This document shows positions 44,591 through 56,505 of a DNA stretch of 64,000 nt, piece after piece. How positions within the stretch are numbered: the first letter of the stretch is position 1; the number at the start of each line of letters is the position of its first letter. The notes below the pieces were generated by a model. That model did no database searches and was not told where the DNA came from. It saw nothing but the letters and a program-made list of their open reading frames with translations. The stretch is from Neoechinorhynchus agilis (Eukaryota > Animalia > Acanthocephala). Where the stretch lies: the NCBI GenBank assembly GCA_051530055.1, contig CM121342.1, positions 5,455,489-5,519,488 of the forward strand, given 5' to 3'. Made by a program: the position numbers and the translations under genes.

Positions 44591-47500
44591 TTACACCCCA
44601 TGCACACCTCCATCGTTTGGACCATCTTTTTCACAGATTCTGAATTGTCCATTTTGATCGAATTGTTCAAATACGTAGATCTGAACATGATTGGGGAGGC
44701 GTAGGACAACAACAACAAAAAATATATTATAACCTGGTCCGTTTCATAGAGGGTTAGTAATGAACTAGGAAAGCAAATAACCACATAGTCATTGAATATA
44801 TTGCTCTGGTGTGAAACGTCGTTGATAGACCGGAAAGATGAACCGTCCACCTTTCCTGATTTGAGCAAGACTTTTGATCGGTAAATTCCGAGACACAAAA
44901 TGTCGGCTTTAAGCATTGCATTCTGGAACAACTCGCCAAATGAGATTGTTTTCGCCTTCACGAGTATTTAAATCGCATAGAGTGCTTTTTTTTAACTTAC
45001 GTCCATGCTAAGAAATCTTCTGAGAATCGATAGCTTTACCAAATTAAGCCTTGATCTTGGCTGAGACTCAATCGGATGGTTCCCTCGGTGAAAACTAGAG
45101 TTTGGGTCGAACATTCCCAAGGATCGCGTTCCTTCACCTCCATTTATCAGGCACCTGATCAATCTTAGAGCCTTGTCATTGTAGTATGCCTAAAACGTCT
45201 TAGTAAATCTACCAATAAAAATTTCAAGTTGTTTTCAAACTAAAGGCAAAAAAACTCAAAAGACCTATTAAGCATAAAATTTTCGAGGCCGAGTTTTTTA
45301 AACGATTCGGTTATTTTTGAAAGACTTACAGTGCTGATAATATAGTCGATGATCGTATCTACAAACGCAGATCCGCTTGCGAATGAAGAAGATTTGTACA
45401 GCTCGAACACCGAAGACTCATCGGATCCCTCGTCGTCGTCTTCTTGAACATATTGAACATTTGTTTCGATTTCTAAAATTAGTTGCTTCATTAATATATA
45501 TTTCTTCATTCGTTAGCTCACAGTGATTTGAGGCGACAAAAATGGTAAAACGAATTTGTGTGATAAAATGCGAAAGATGAGCCACTAAAACGCCCAGAAT
45601 ATGCGGAACTACGATGGTCAAGATGTGCTAAAGCTCATTGATGGATTTCAAAAGGTACCGCGTTACATAAGATTGGAATTTTCAAACCTCGTATGGGGTA
45701 AAAACCGATAAAAAATAATCTTGATTTCTGACAGTAATAATTCCGTGAGTCGATTCACTACTAAACATTTACCGAGATCAGTGATTGTTCGTGGCACATT
45801 AGAGCTCCATTTGAACTCTTCGTCTGGATTCAACTGGTTGTTATTAGCTCTGTAGGAGTACCCATCGTAGCTTGTAGCAAAACTCCGGATGCAGAGAGTG
45901 CATAAGATTGCCGACTTATCAATCAAGTAAGTATCTTCGCTGTCTCTGTCAATAAGAGACATTACCACTGATGCATGACTTTCTGACATGTTCAAAGCTG
46001 TCATAACGTTCATGCTATTGGGAGATCCCTGCGTTAATCATTGTTTAAAACATAGTTGATTCGTCTTCTTTTTAATCAAACTTACATCGTACACGTAAAT
46101 ATGCGGAAAATTCGATATTGACTGCCATTCCTTTCGAAAATAATCAATGCTTCCAACCAAAATTATCGGATGGAGCTCGTCGTAAGATATGTTCGAAGCT
46201 CTCAATGGCTGTACAAAGCATCTTAGTCCAATCAAAGGAGATTCTTCGTTTGCGAATAGAAAAAGAATAACGTGATTTTTGAGTGGATCACGATTTCCAC
46301 CGTCGATCCGTCGGAATTTCTCATGGTTCTGCGATTTGTGAAAGGCAATTCGTTAATGAGCTTTGACATACCAATGTGGCTTCTTCGATTTTCCTTTCGT
46401 GAGTTGAATGACAACTTGAAGTATTCCTGCGTGGCAGTCTAGAAACAAACAAAAAAAATTGAAAAATTCGACGAATCTTTCAACAAAAACACAAATTTAC
46501 CCTGGTTTCCGAGCTGGAGATGTTGCACCACCAAAATCATTTACTTTCCCACTAGTTTTCTTATCGCTCAATTGCCTTTTCGCAAAACTGTCTTTGACTT
46601 TCAAATCCAGAGAAAAGAACTTACGTATATAATCCACGACTTTTTTGTTGAGAACGATGAAGGTGAACCGGTGATAATGTTTTATAGCTGAAGGATGATT
46701 TACCTCCGGGAGCTGAATCAGAGATACGTTTTTAAAATTTTTTTACATATTGGTACAATGGATTTTAGAAAAACAACAGATATCGCTCTATAAAACATTC
46801 GGCCAATTGATATCACTTAAAGATTTTTTTTGAAAAAGAAACTCGATTTCTAACTCGTGAAACCGGAATTTTCACCATTTCAAAGACCTCTTATAAAACA
46901 ATTGAGAATCTGTATTCCGATTCTCAATTTATATTAGAGGCAAGTGTACAAATCTTTATGTTTCTTAACTATGAAAGCGGATTTTCGGAATAAAGCTAAC
47001 AAGCATCTGCTCTCTTGGGTTTTTGGGAAGTTTGGCGAGCGACTCACGTTGAATATGGAGACATGGCCTGCGTCCTGGAATAATCAAAGCTTCTCCTCGT
47101 GCGTGACACTGTCCACAAAAAAACTTTATCCGTTTCGCCTCTTCAGAGGAGCTCGCCAATACAAATCCACGAGTAGACATCATTTTAATGGTAAATTGTG
47201 ATCCGGGATTTATCATAATTTCTTTTTCATTTGAAATTTCATCGTCTGACTCCACTGCGATCAGCAGGACGCCGAGTTTGAAGCAAATACTAAATAGATG
47301 CTTAAAATCGGTTTCAAAAATCGCAACTGACAGAGCAGCATCCGTGAATGATTTGTCTTCAAAATATGAACTAAAAGAGCAAGTGTAAATCTCCATGGAA
47401 GCCCCAGCACAGTACAGGTCTCTCCAAGATGGTTGGCCCTTCAGATCAAAATTTCAGTTACACTTTAGGTTCATCGACATTCTCACCGTGAATGAGTCGT

Positions 47501-49823
47501 CTGAAGTAACTCGAAAAATATTAGCCATCATTGTCGAGAATCCAAAAGCAAGACAGCTTTGGGAAAGTAATCCCAGTTTGATTTCCGAGATGCATATTAT
47601 CTCGTCTGAATCCGTCCAATGTGGGATATGGAATACGAGGGACTAACAAGTTGCGATTTACAGAATTCCAAGCAATAACAATGATACCTTATTGTTGTAA
47701 TGAAGGAGTTGGAGTAAAATTCTAGTTTGCGGACTGTGATTTTTGATCGCTATCACTCGCATTATGTTTGCAAAGTCCGCTTCCAAAGTCTGGGTGCATT
47801 CCCTGTCCACAAGGATTATACATGCGTCGGCTGATCGGACCTAATTTGTGTTAAAGTGAATGAACAATATATTTGAACAAAACTAATACCCACCAGCACT
47901 CTTTCGAGATCTTCTTTTATCATTGCACTTCCAACAAAATAATTTACATAGGGAGAATGGCGTTTCATAAGTGCTTCTAGTTCAATCGATGGAAAATTCC
48001 TAAAGTTTTAAACGCTGAAGATTTGAAAAGAACTATAGATATCGTTTGTACTTTTGGACAAAAAGAAAAGTTATCTGCCTAACAAAAAAAATACGATTGG
48101 TCCCAACTCAATCGCACACTAAATTGCCTTCATGAAGGCGCCTAGAAAAATGGGAACGGGATTCAAAAAAAAGAGGAAAGGGATATTCAATATATTTTTG
48201 TGTGTATCCGTGTGGTGGTTACCTGTGAAGAATACAGACGTCGATATCTCTTGACTCTTCCCTGTCAGAATGAAGGAAATCTTCAATCACGGCTGAAAGT
48301 GACCTAAAATTGATTTCTCCACACACAACAACGTGCCTTTGAGTACAAAAAATAAGAGTTTAGATGGCAGAAATGCGACTTACTTGCGTCCACGAATTGA
48401 GTGATAGATGCCAGCGAATCGTCTATCGACGCCAAACACCGAGCTCAACTGCGGGATTAACATTGCAAAGAAAGTCTGGTTGTTTTAAGTACAATTGAGC
48501 AAAAAAAAGAAGAAGACTAACCAATCCTGATAGGAGGAAGGAAAGCATGAATGCTTTTCCGATATAAGTAACGCAAGTGATGTCTCCATATCCAACGGTC
48601 GTCAAAGTCACAATCATAAAATAGACGCAATCGAAGAAACTTAGATGGCGTGCATTTTCAAAGTTTAAGAAAAAGTCACCGGAATTCTCTACCTATTTTT
48701 TAAGAGAAAACGAAAGGATTGTTTCGGTCTAGGGGAAAACTAACGAGGTGAACGAATCCAGCGGCGCATATTAGAAATGCAGTGAAATTACAGCAGAGTC
48801 GTGAGATGGATATTGTGCCTCTTGACCTTAAAACTCCAGTATGAATGAGAAGATCCGGTATGTTGATTAATCGAATAGCTCTTAGAAATCGAAAGCCTGA
48901 AAATGGTTTGGAACATAAGAAAAGTTAACGATTTTATTTGTCATACCTAACCAATTCCGTTTGAGATAAAGGGCAACGAATGATGGTGGAACTGTAAAAA
49001 AGTCTACGAGACTTGAGAGCTCGAACCAAAATGCCAATTTATTGTGTGCAGCTGCGAACTTAAGAGTCGTATAAGAATAATGAAGGCCGTGAACAAAAGG
49101 ATATACTCGTATAAAAAAGAATACAAGGAAAAAAAGGTTAAACAGGAAATCCACTTGTTGGAGCTTGAACTTTTTCCATGAAGATATACATGAATCCACG
49201 GGACTAAAATAATCTACGAGAATATCGTAAAAAGAAAGACTTACTGTCGATAAGTGTCAATTATGTATAAGACAAGTGATCCAATGCTGCACACGAGAAT
49301 GCACGTTGCCTATTCAAAGAAAGTTTTTTTTGTATCTGAACGTTGTATTTTTTTAGAAATCTAACCAGAAGTCGCCCGGACCGCCTTTGAGCACTGATCA
49401 GTTCTCGGGCTAATTCGCGAATATACGAGTACCAATCGACTTTATTCTTATCAATTGATTGACTGAACGAACATCGGCGTATTCTTGGATCACTGGAGCT
49501 GCCAGTGCTCACTTTTTTCGCTTTTAATTCTCGTTTAACCTGTAAACATGGTTGCTTTTGTTTTTAAAATGAAATATATAGGTTACCATCGATCCAAGCA
49601 GAATTGGAATTTTGCGTCCATGTCGTCTGTATCCGATTGTGATAATCGAACTTAGGAAAAGAATCACGATTCCTCCAACAAAAGTTACTACTGATGATAA
49701 GAAGAATGGGAGCCACTCCTGTTCGGATTCTGTGCATTGCTTCGAGTTGCTTGAATGGTCCGCCGAAGTCGCCGTCAATAGTAGTACGAAGGTGAAATGC
49801 GAAACCGAAGGAAACTCATTCAT
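44591..49823 (-). CDS. KCNMA1: Calcium-activated BK potassium channel Slo1 (slowpoke); many exons
   Basis: S0 [15 protein letters not shown]; [11 protein letters not shown]; S4 FRFLRAIRL; pore TLTTVGYGD; RCK segments [16 protein letters not shown] and FVQPLRASN; Ca-bowl [11 protein letters not shown]; LCLGIYR. Stop at 44591-44593. Confidence 0.95.
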
Positions 49824-51346
49824 TTCGTCCAATTATCCGGGAATTTGATTGATCAAAAATAGGAGACATCTTTGACGAGATCATGATGTTTTTATTGCGC
49901 CAAGCAATTTTTTCTCCCGGAGGGAGGTGGTGAGAAAGTGTAAAGAATAATGGGAAGAGAATTCTGCGCATTATTTGCACGCTGTGATCCTTTGGAGAGG
50001 ATCAAAAAATGGTTTTGAGGGATGGGAAATGGTTTGACAGATACTCATCAAATTCGTTTCCTGATAAAGAAGCTTTTGTTTCGCTTTATTCCTAGCAATT
50101 TGACGCTAAAGTACAAAGGCCGATATATTTTTATAACCAAAATGATTGAGCATGTGTGAGAGCACTCTCTCTCTCGCACATTTGTGCGTCTTCTGTTCAG
50201 AGCTGTAAAAAAAGAGATAATCAGATATTATTCGTTCATTAATTATGCCGGGTTGGAGAGGGAGGAGGCGACTAAGAAACAAAGCTCGATCTTAATGGCT
50301 GAGCTTCTAGAGGAGCGTGCTTTCTGATGGATTCAAGATGCTGACAGGATCACATAATGATGAGAACAGAAATGAACTTGGTGAGCAGACAAACGAGGAG
50401 TCGAACTAATCTTCTAACTCTTTAATTTCAAAATGAGAACGGGGTTAATTTTGATATAAAACCATACGAACGAGGAACATTATAGAACGATTAACAAAAA
50501 CGGTTTCTACCAAACATCTCGCTATTAAAAAAAAGAATCGATTTCGTCAACGCAAAAAAACATTACTCGCTTCGATTCACACACACACATCCGAATCTAC
50601 TCTCGCTAAGGGAAACATCAATTATTCAATTTTGTCTCTATGTGCTTTTTAGGCAGACAAATACTTTCTCTCCCCCCACTTTCCTCAAAAAAAGTACTTG
50701 AAACTCGCTAATTTAGTAAAATACTTGATTGATTTCTATCTCGCTCGTTCATGCTTCAAAAAATACCATAGTCGTCTGTCTCTTAATGAGTTCAGACTTT
50801 ACTGTCTCGGAAACTAAGCTATTTTAAAAGAGTGAACGGCGCACAAACATGCTATCACCTTTGCTATTCCGTAGAGCAACTCTTTTTTTTCTCTAAAATT
50901 GCTAAAAATGAGGACTTTCCGCCGGTTTTCGATTAAATAACCAAAAACTACACTTAAGGAGGCGTTGTTTCAATTTTTTTATCTTTAATTGTAAGCGTTT
51001 CTAGATACGAATTTCGGGTTGACTTTTGCCATTTCTTCATTATCGTGATCAGCTTTCTTATATAAAAAGACTTTCCAGAAATTCTCTTCCATTCAGACAT
51101 GAGCGAAGTGTTTGTAAAAAACATGAAGTATATAAATGAAACGCCAATGATGAATTGATTCGGGAACGAAACATGAATCGGTACCTTTTTTTTCTTCTTA
51201 GACCTAAAGAACTTCATAAAATCGTCGTAAGAACGTAAGAGGTCGCATTTGGATTGGAAACAAGCGAGAAATCTCGGTTTTGGACACAATTAGGCCGCTT
51301 TTTTACACAGAACACATATCGAATCCATGGATTTGATGAGACAAAG

Positions 51347-53223
51347 TCACTCTTGTGCAATGTTGAGATCCCGAAAGGCGAAACAATTGACCCCTAATGA
51401 GTGTCCACAAAGAACCCGCTTGATGGTAGCCGTGGCAATGTGCCATACTCGGATTTGTTCATCACTGGACGCCGTTAAGAGATACTCCGAGTCGAGAGTG
51501 AACGCACAGTCCCATACCCAACTTTGTTCCTTATCTTTCAAAACAACGATCATCTCGAAGTCCGCCGTGCGCCAAACAGTGGCAGTTTCGTCGGCACTCG
51601 TGGTGGCGAACATGGTCGAATCTGGACTAAATCGACAGCAAAGTGCATAAGTGTCGTGAATTTGGAGTTTTCGACGGAGGTTCAATGAGGTTGCCTGTGT
51701 CGTCGATCCATCTTGGTTTCGCTGTTGAACCATTTGATAGTAGAAACACATCCCTGAACTGTTAGAAGCCACACACATGGTCGCCTCCGCGTTAATGTCG
51801 ATATGGCGAATAGCACTGAAAATATCGAGTGATCCGGATGGGATCTCAAATAAGACTTGATCGTTAGCCAGATTCCACTGAGTGATGACTCCACGTCGGT
51901 CACCAATGAACATCTCCACTTGATTCGGATGAAGGACCATCGTGTTTACAGTGCATCTTATATCGAGTTTGTTCGTCAATTGAAGGTCGGTGATCGATAT
52001 AGACGATTCTGACGATCGATCAATGGCCAATTCTAACTCTTCGTCATCATCATCATCCATTCGAGCATAGGTGATACGCCATACTTTTGCGAAATTGTCC
52101 TCACCGCCTCCGTAAAGCCAATTGCCGTCTAAGCCAGGATTTGCGCAGAATGCGGAAAGATTTAAAAACAAGTCTTTACAGAATAAGGGAAATATCGATT
52201 TCTAAATTTAAAAAAGAGAACGTTACGATCTACGCTTTCAAAAAAGTTCAAACATTTTCACGGTTCCGCAGAATTTTGTACGAAGAATTCATCAAAAAAA
52301 AACAAATTATTTAAGCTAATATCTCCATTTCGTGTTCGAATAACACTAAAAAAAACGGGGAAGCCTACGACTAACCAAGGAGTCGCAAATGTCCACAAAA
52401 CCGTTCAGATGTGTTTTTGTATGGCGTGTAAAAATTAAAAGAATTTCGATTGTTTTCGGCAAGACACAATCTTATGTCTGAGAATAAAACAATTTTAATC
52501 ATACCAAGAGAAAATCCACAACGATATCGTTAAATTTTGACTTGTGTGATTAGTCGGCCTCTGTAAAGAAATCATTTTATTATTTGCGAAATATTTCGAA
52601 AGAGAGGAAACCTCGCAGCTTCATAATCATTGTAAATTAATCTAATCGACTAACTCGAATTTTTCTTCGAAAACAATTATTGAGAAGAAGGCTGAAGTAT
52701 TGAAAATTCGCAATGAAGATTTTAACAATTTATAGTTCGAGTGTGTAACAATTCGTCATTGAGAATAAAATGATTTTTAACCGGCCGACTATTCTTCATG
52801 TCGAAAACAATCGAAATTCTTTTAATTTTTACACCCTATACAAAAAAAGAGATGAAACAGTTGGAGATTTGGTGATTAAGATTCACTTCGCAAAATGTCT
52901 CAAGGACTTTCTTGATTATGTGGAAAAGTAGTGCACAATCCCTGGTCCACGCTGAATCCAATACAAAGTACCGACTTGAGTGCCTCGTAGCTGATCAAAG
53001 GAGCACTCGCAGAAATATTAAGATCGAAAAGGAGGACGGCGTTTGAGCATCCAGCAGCGAAGATTGACTTGTTAGGATGAATCGTAAGACAGTTAATGAA
53101 CGATCCTGGCGGAATCATCAGAGTTTGTTCGCTCGTCATGCTCTTCATATCCCATATCCGAAGACTATTGTCGAATCCACTAGATATCAACATTACATCA
53201 TCGTTTGAAAATAACGAAGCCAT
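51347..53223 (-). CDS. MLST8: TOR complex subunit LST8 (WD40); at least 2 exons
   Basis: LISSGFDNSLRIW, NWLYGGGEDNFAKVW, VLHPNQVEMFIGD, YALCCRFSPDS, WVWDCAF..DSEYLLTASSD and GHSLGVNCFAFRD. Confidence 0.9.
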
Positions 53224-53529
53224 AATCTTCTTGTTTTATGATTCTTGAACACATGAACAAAGAATTAAGAAGATTCGAAAGAAGTTTCTACGTGTGATTG
53301 GTAGTCTTTTAAAAGATTCTGAGCTAGGATTAGTCTAACCAAAGTTAGGGAACAGTAAAACAATTCCAATATTCACTAATTCGACACTTTCCATTGCTTA
53401 AAAATGAACAAAAAGAACACTTTGAACATATTTAAAGTATTTTCTCAAACATTCGTGCACTATCTTTCCGGATTTACTAAAGACTATATCCCCCCTTTAA
53501 ATCATCAGTCTTTTAAAGTCCATTGTTTC

Positions 53530-56242
53530 TCAAGCTTCTTCACAGTTCAAGGAGTCCTCGACTTGTAACCGAGACATACTTTCTACTACGTTGGACAAAT
53601 CGGCACTGCTCGATTCTTTGATTTTTGACAGCTCCGGAGACTTTACGATAACGTCCAGTTGTTTGCTCCTCTGAGCACCGTCCGGGGTGGAGAATGCGAT
53701 TCCACCAGCAGCCCCGGAATGCTCGTTATAGGTACTCATTGAAGTAGTTGTATGAAAACGGTGTGACCCAGAAGCGGTGCTATGGATGACAACCGTTTCA
53801 TTTGAATACCGATCACTCTCATCTTCAGTCTTCCTAAAATTAATAAGAACAGGAACGGGACTAGATCCATCAGATGAATAAACCGGCTTAAATAAAGGCC
53901 TAACGACTTGAGATTTCTCAATATTCGTCTGGCTCCTTGGTATTTTACTCGCAGACTCTTTAACTGCTGCGTTCTCGTCGATCTTATTAATGACTACATT
54001 GTCGCTAACTCCGTGAAAATGAGATCCAAGTCGTTCACGTAAAAGTTCACACTCATGTCGAATATACTCATCGCCATCTTGAGCTATATCTCCATGAACG
54101 TTTATTACATATTCTCGAGTTGTCGATGTTTCGATCGTACGAACAGTGAACACGTTACGAAGTTCATCCTTTGAAAAATAGCGGATAGGATCGGTTTCAC
54201 CGTTCATAACCGTTTCAAAAAGTGCCCGCTTGAAAATTTGGCGTCTATATATCTTCTCTTCGATCGTACCGCATGAAATTAAACGATAAATAATCACTGG
54301 ATTCGTTTGACCGATTCGACACGCCCGATCCACAGCCTGGTCATCACTAGCTGGATTCCATGATGGATCGTATATTATGACTCGATCAGCCGCGGTTAAA
54401 GTGATTCCAACTCCACCTACCTGAGTAGTCAACAGCATAACCATCGGATCGCCCCGGCGTGATTCCTGCCACCGTGCAATGATCCTTTCTCTGGCTTCAT
54501 TTGATTTAATCCTTCCATCGAGTCTTAGAACACTGAGTCCAGATTCCACTAAAACCTTCTCCAAAATATTAAGCATCTTTACAGATCGTGAGAACACCAA
54601 ATTACGATGACCTTCCTCAACGAGTCGGCAAAGAAGATTGTAGGCGACAGTAAGTTTCCCCGATTCTTCGAGTAAAACATCCTTACATGCTAACTCTTTT
54701 TTGTCCCAAATTGATTCCGAAACCATGTTCCAATTTGATAGACCTCCAACACGCGGATGGTCGCATATCGCTTTTAAAACACTCAAAGCAACCAGCGGAC
54801 TATTTACAGAATTAAGAATGTACTTGACTTTATCCAACGTTAAAAAGTTTAAGTACATATTACGCTGGCATTCCGACAAATTACACCAGACTATAAGGTC
54901 GTATTTTCGTACAAGGGGTTCATTTTTGTCATTCACAATCAATACCTCAGATTTTGTCCTCCTTAGAATATAAGGTTGCACAATCCTTCGTAATTTCTCA
55001 CCAGCAACCTGGCCTAAATGTCTTGCCGCCGCACAAGAGTCTTTTTGTCGACTCGATGTGATTACATTTTCAAAATCCATCCGAAATGCTTCACGAGTGC
55101 CCAGAAGGTGCTCCCCACTCGGTCCAACGATGTTTATCAGGGACCAAAGCTCCTCAAGGTTGTTCTGAATGGCTGTCCCTGTCAAAATAAACTTCTTGTC
55201 TGACCTGAGGTCACGCACGGACCTAGCCGTCAAAGTTTGGTTGTTTCGGAGTTTGTGGCCTTCATCGATCACCACCAAATCCCATTGTCGAGCGTTTATT
55301 ATGTCCAAACTCCGTATAAGCAGATTGAACGTTATGATCAAAGAACCACCTCGATCGGATATTCGGCTCAATGCACGCTTACGTTCCCTTGAATTTCCTT
55401 GGTAGATGTAAAACCGCGAGTTGTGCTATTATATCCCTTGTTAATAAGGAAAGGAACGATATGTTTAAAATTGCGAAATGGTTATTTTCAAAAACCCTTA
55501 AAATGTTGACGGCTCAGTCTCTTCACTTTAAAAGCGTTTCACATTACGGACCAGTTTGTAAATTAAAAGGACACGGAATTGTGTGAGCTTAAAACAAAAG
55601 TACGCGCAGATTCTAAGAATGGAATTGGCATTGAACATCTAAGATAAACGATATATATATCGAATTTTGGTCATTTAGGAGCGATACAAACCCTCGTTCA
55701 TTGAAGGGATATAATTGACTAGGCGACCATTTGTTGAACTCTGCGGTCCATACACTGACCACAGAAAGTGGTACAACTATGAGACTAACGAAACCAAATT
55801 TCTGTCGACATTTCCAATGTGTCTCGATGCTTCTAATGAGTGCGATGATTTGGATTGTTTTGCCTAGGCCCATTTCATCGGCCAAAATACCTCCTTGATT
55901 ATGAATAAACAGGTTCCAGAGCCATTTTAGACCTTCGGTTTGGTAAGGGTGCAACGTATTAATGAGTTCAGTTGGAATGTCGGGTTCCGATGGGTACTCA
56001 AAAGTAGACAATCCTGTCATTGCGTCCTATGTTAGTAGGTTCGATGATGGGGGAAAAAAGACGCAAATACATACCTTCACTTTTTTTATCTGATTATTGA
56101 GTCGATCACTCGGATTCTTCGATTGACATTTGATTAGAAGCCGTAGACAATGTTCAAGTTCACCTTCTTTGGCATATTTCTTCGCTCTGCAGTACATCAC
56201 CGTGAACGATTGGTCATTATCGTCCAACGAAGACGAGTTCAT
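53530..56242 (-). CDS. ERCC6L: ERCC6-like SNF2 translocase (PICH)
   Basis: N-terminal TPR-like exon (AKKYAKEGELEHCLRLL), LHPYQTEGLKWL, GGILADEMGLGKT, DEGH, LTTQVGGVGITLTAADRV and QAVDRACRIGQ. Confidence 0.88.
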
Positions 56243-56505
56243 TGCTCAGTAAGGATCTTAAAATAACGATTTTCATCGATTTGCGTCAAACTTTTTAACA
56301 GTTGAAGCGAACAAGATGATCTTTAGAGTTCATGGTAACCTAGAGCTCCTATTTTCTAGCTGGAATTTGTCTATCGATATTCCTAATGCTAGACGATGCC
56401 TTATGATTTATAATAGAATTAATGTATTAAATCGTAAATTTCTTCGAGGTGAACCGGTGAGCTGATCGTGAGGGGCCAAAACGTTCCCAATCAACAATCA
56501 GAGCG

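Noticed and set aside
50954-51330. 111-aa ORF and upstream CxxC just after LST8
   Set aside because: No ATG in the open frame, an intervening stop, and cysteine spacing that does not fit HIT or MYND fingers.
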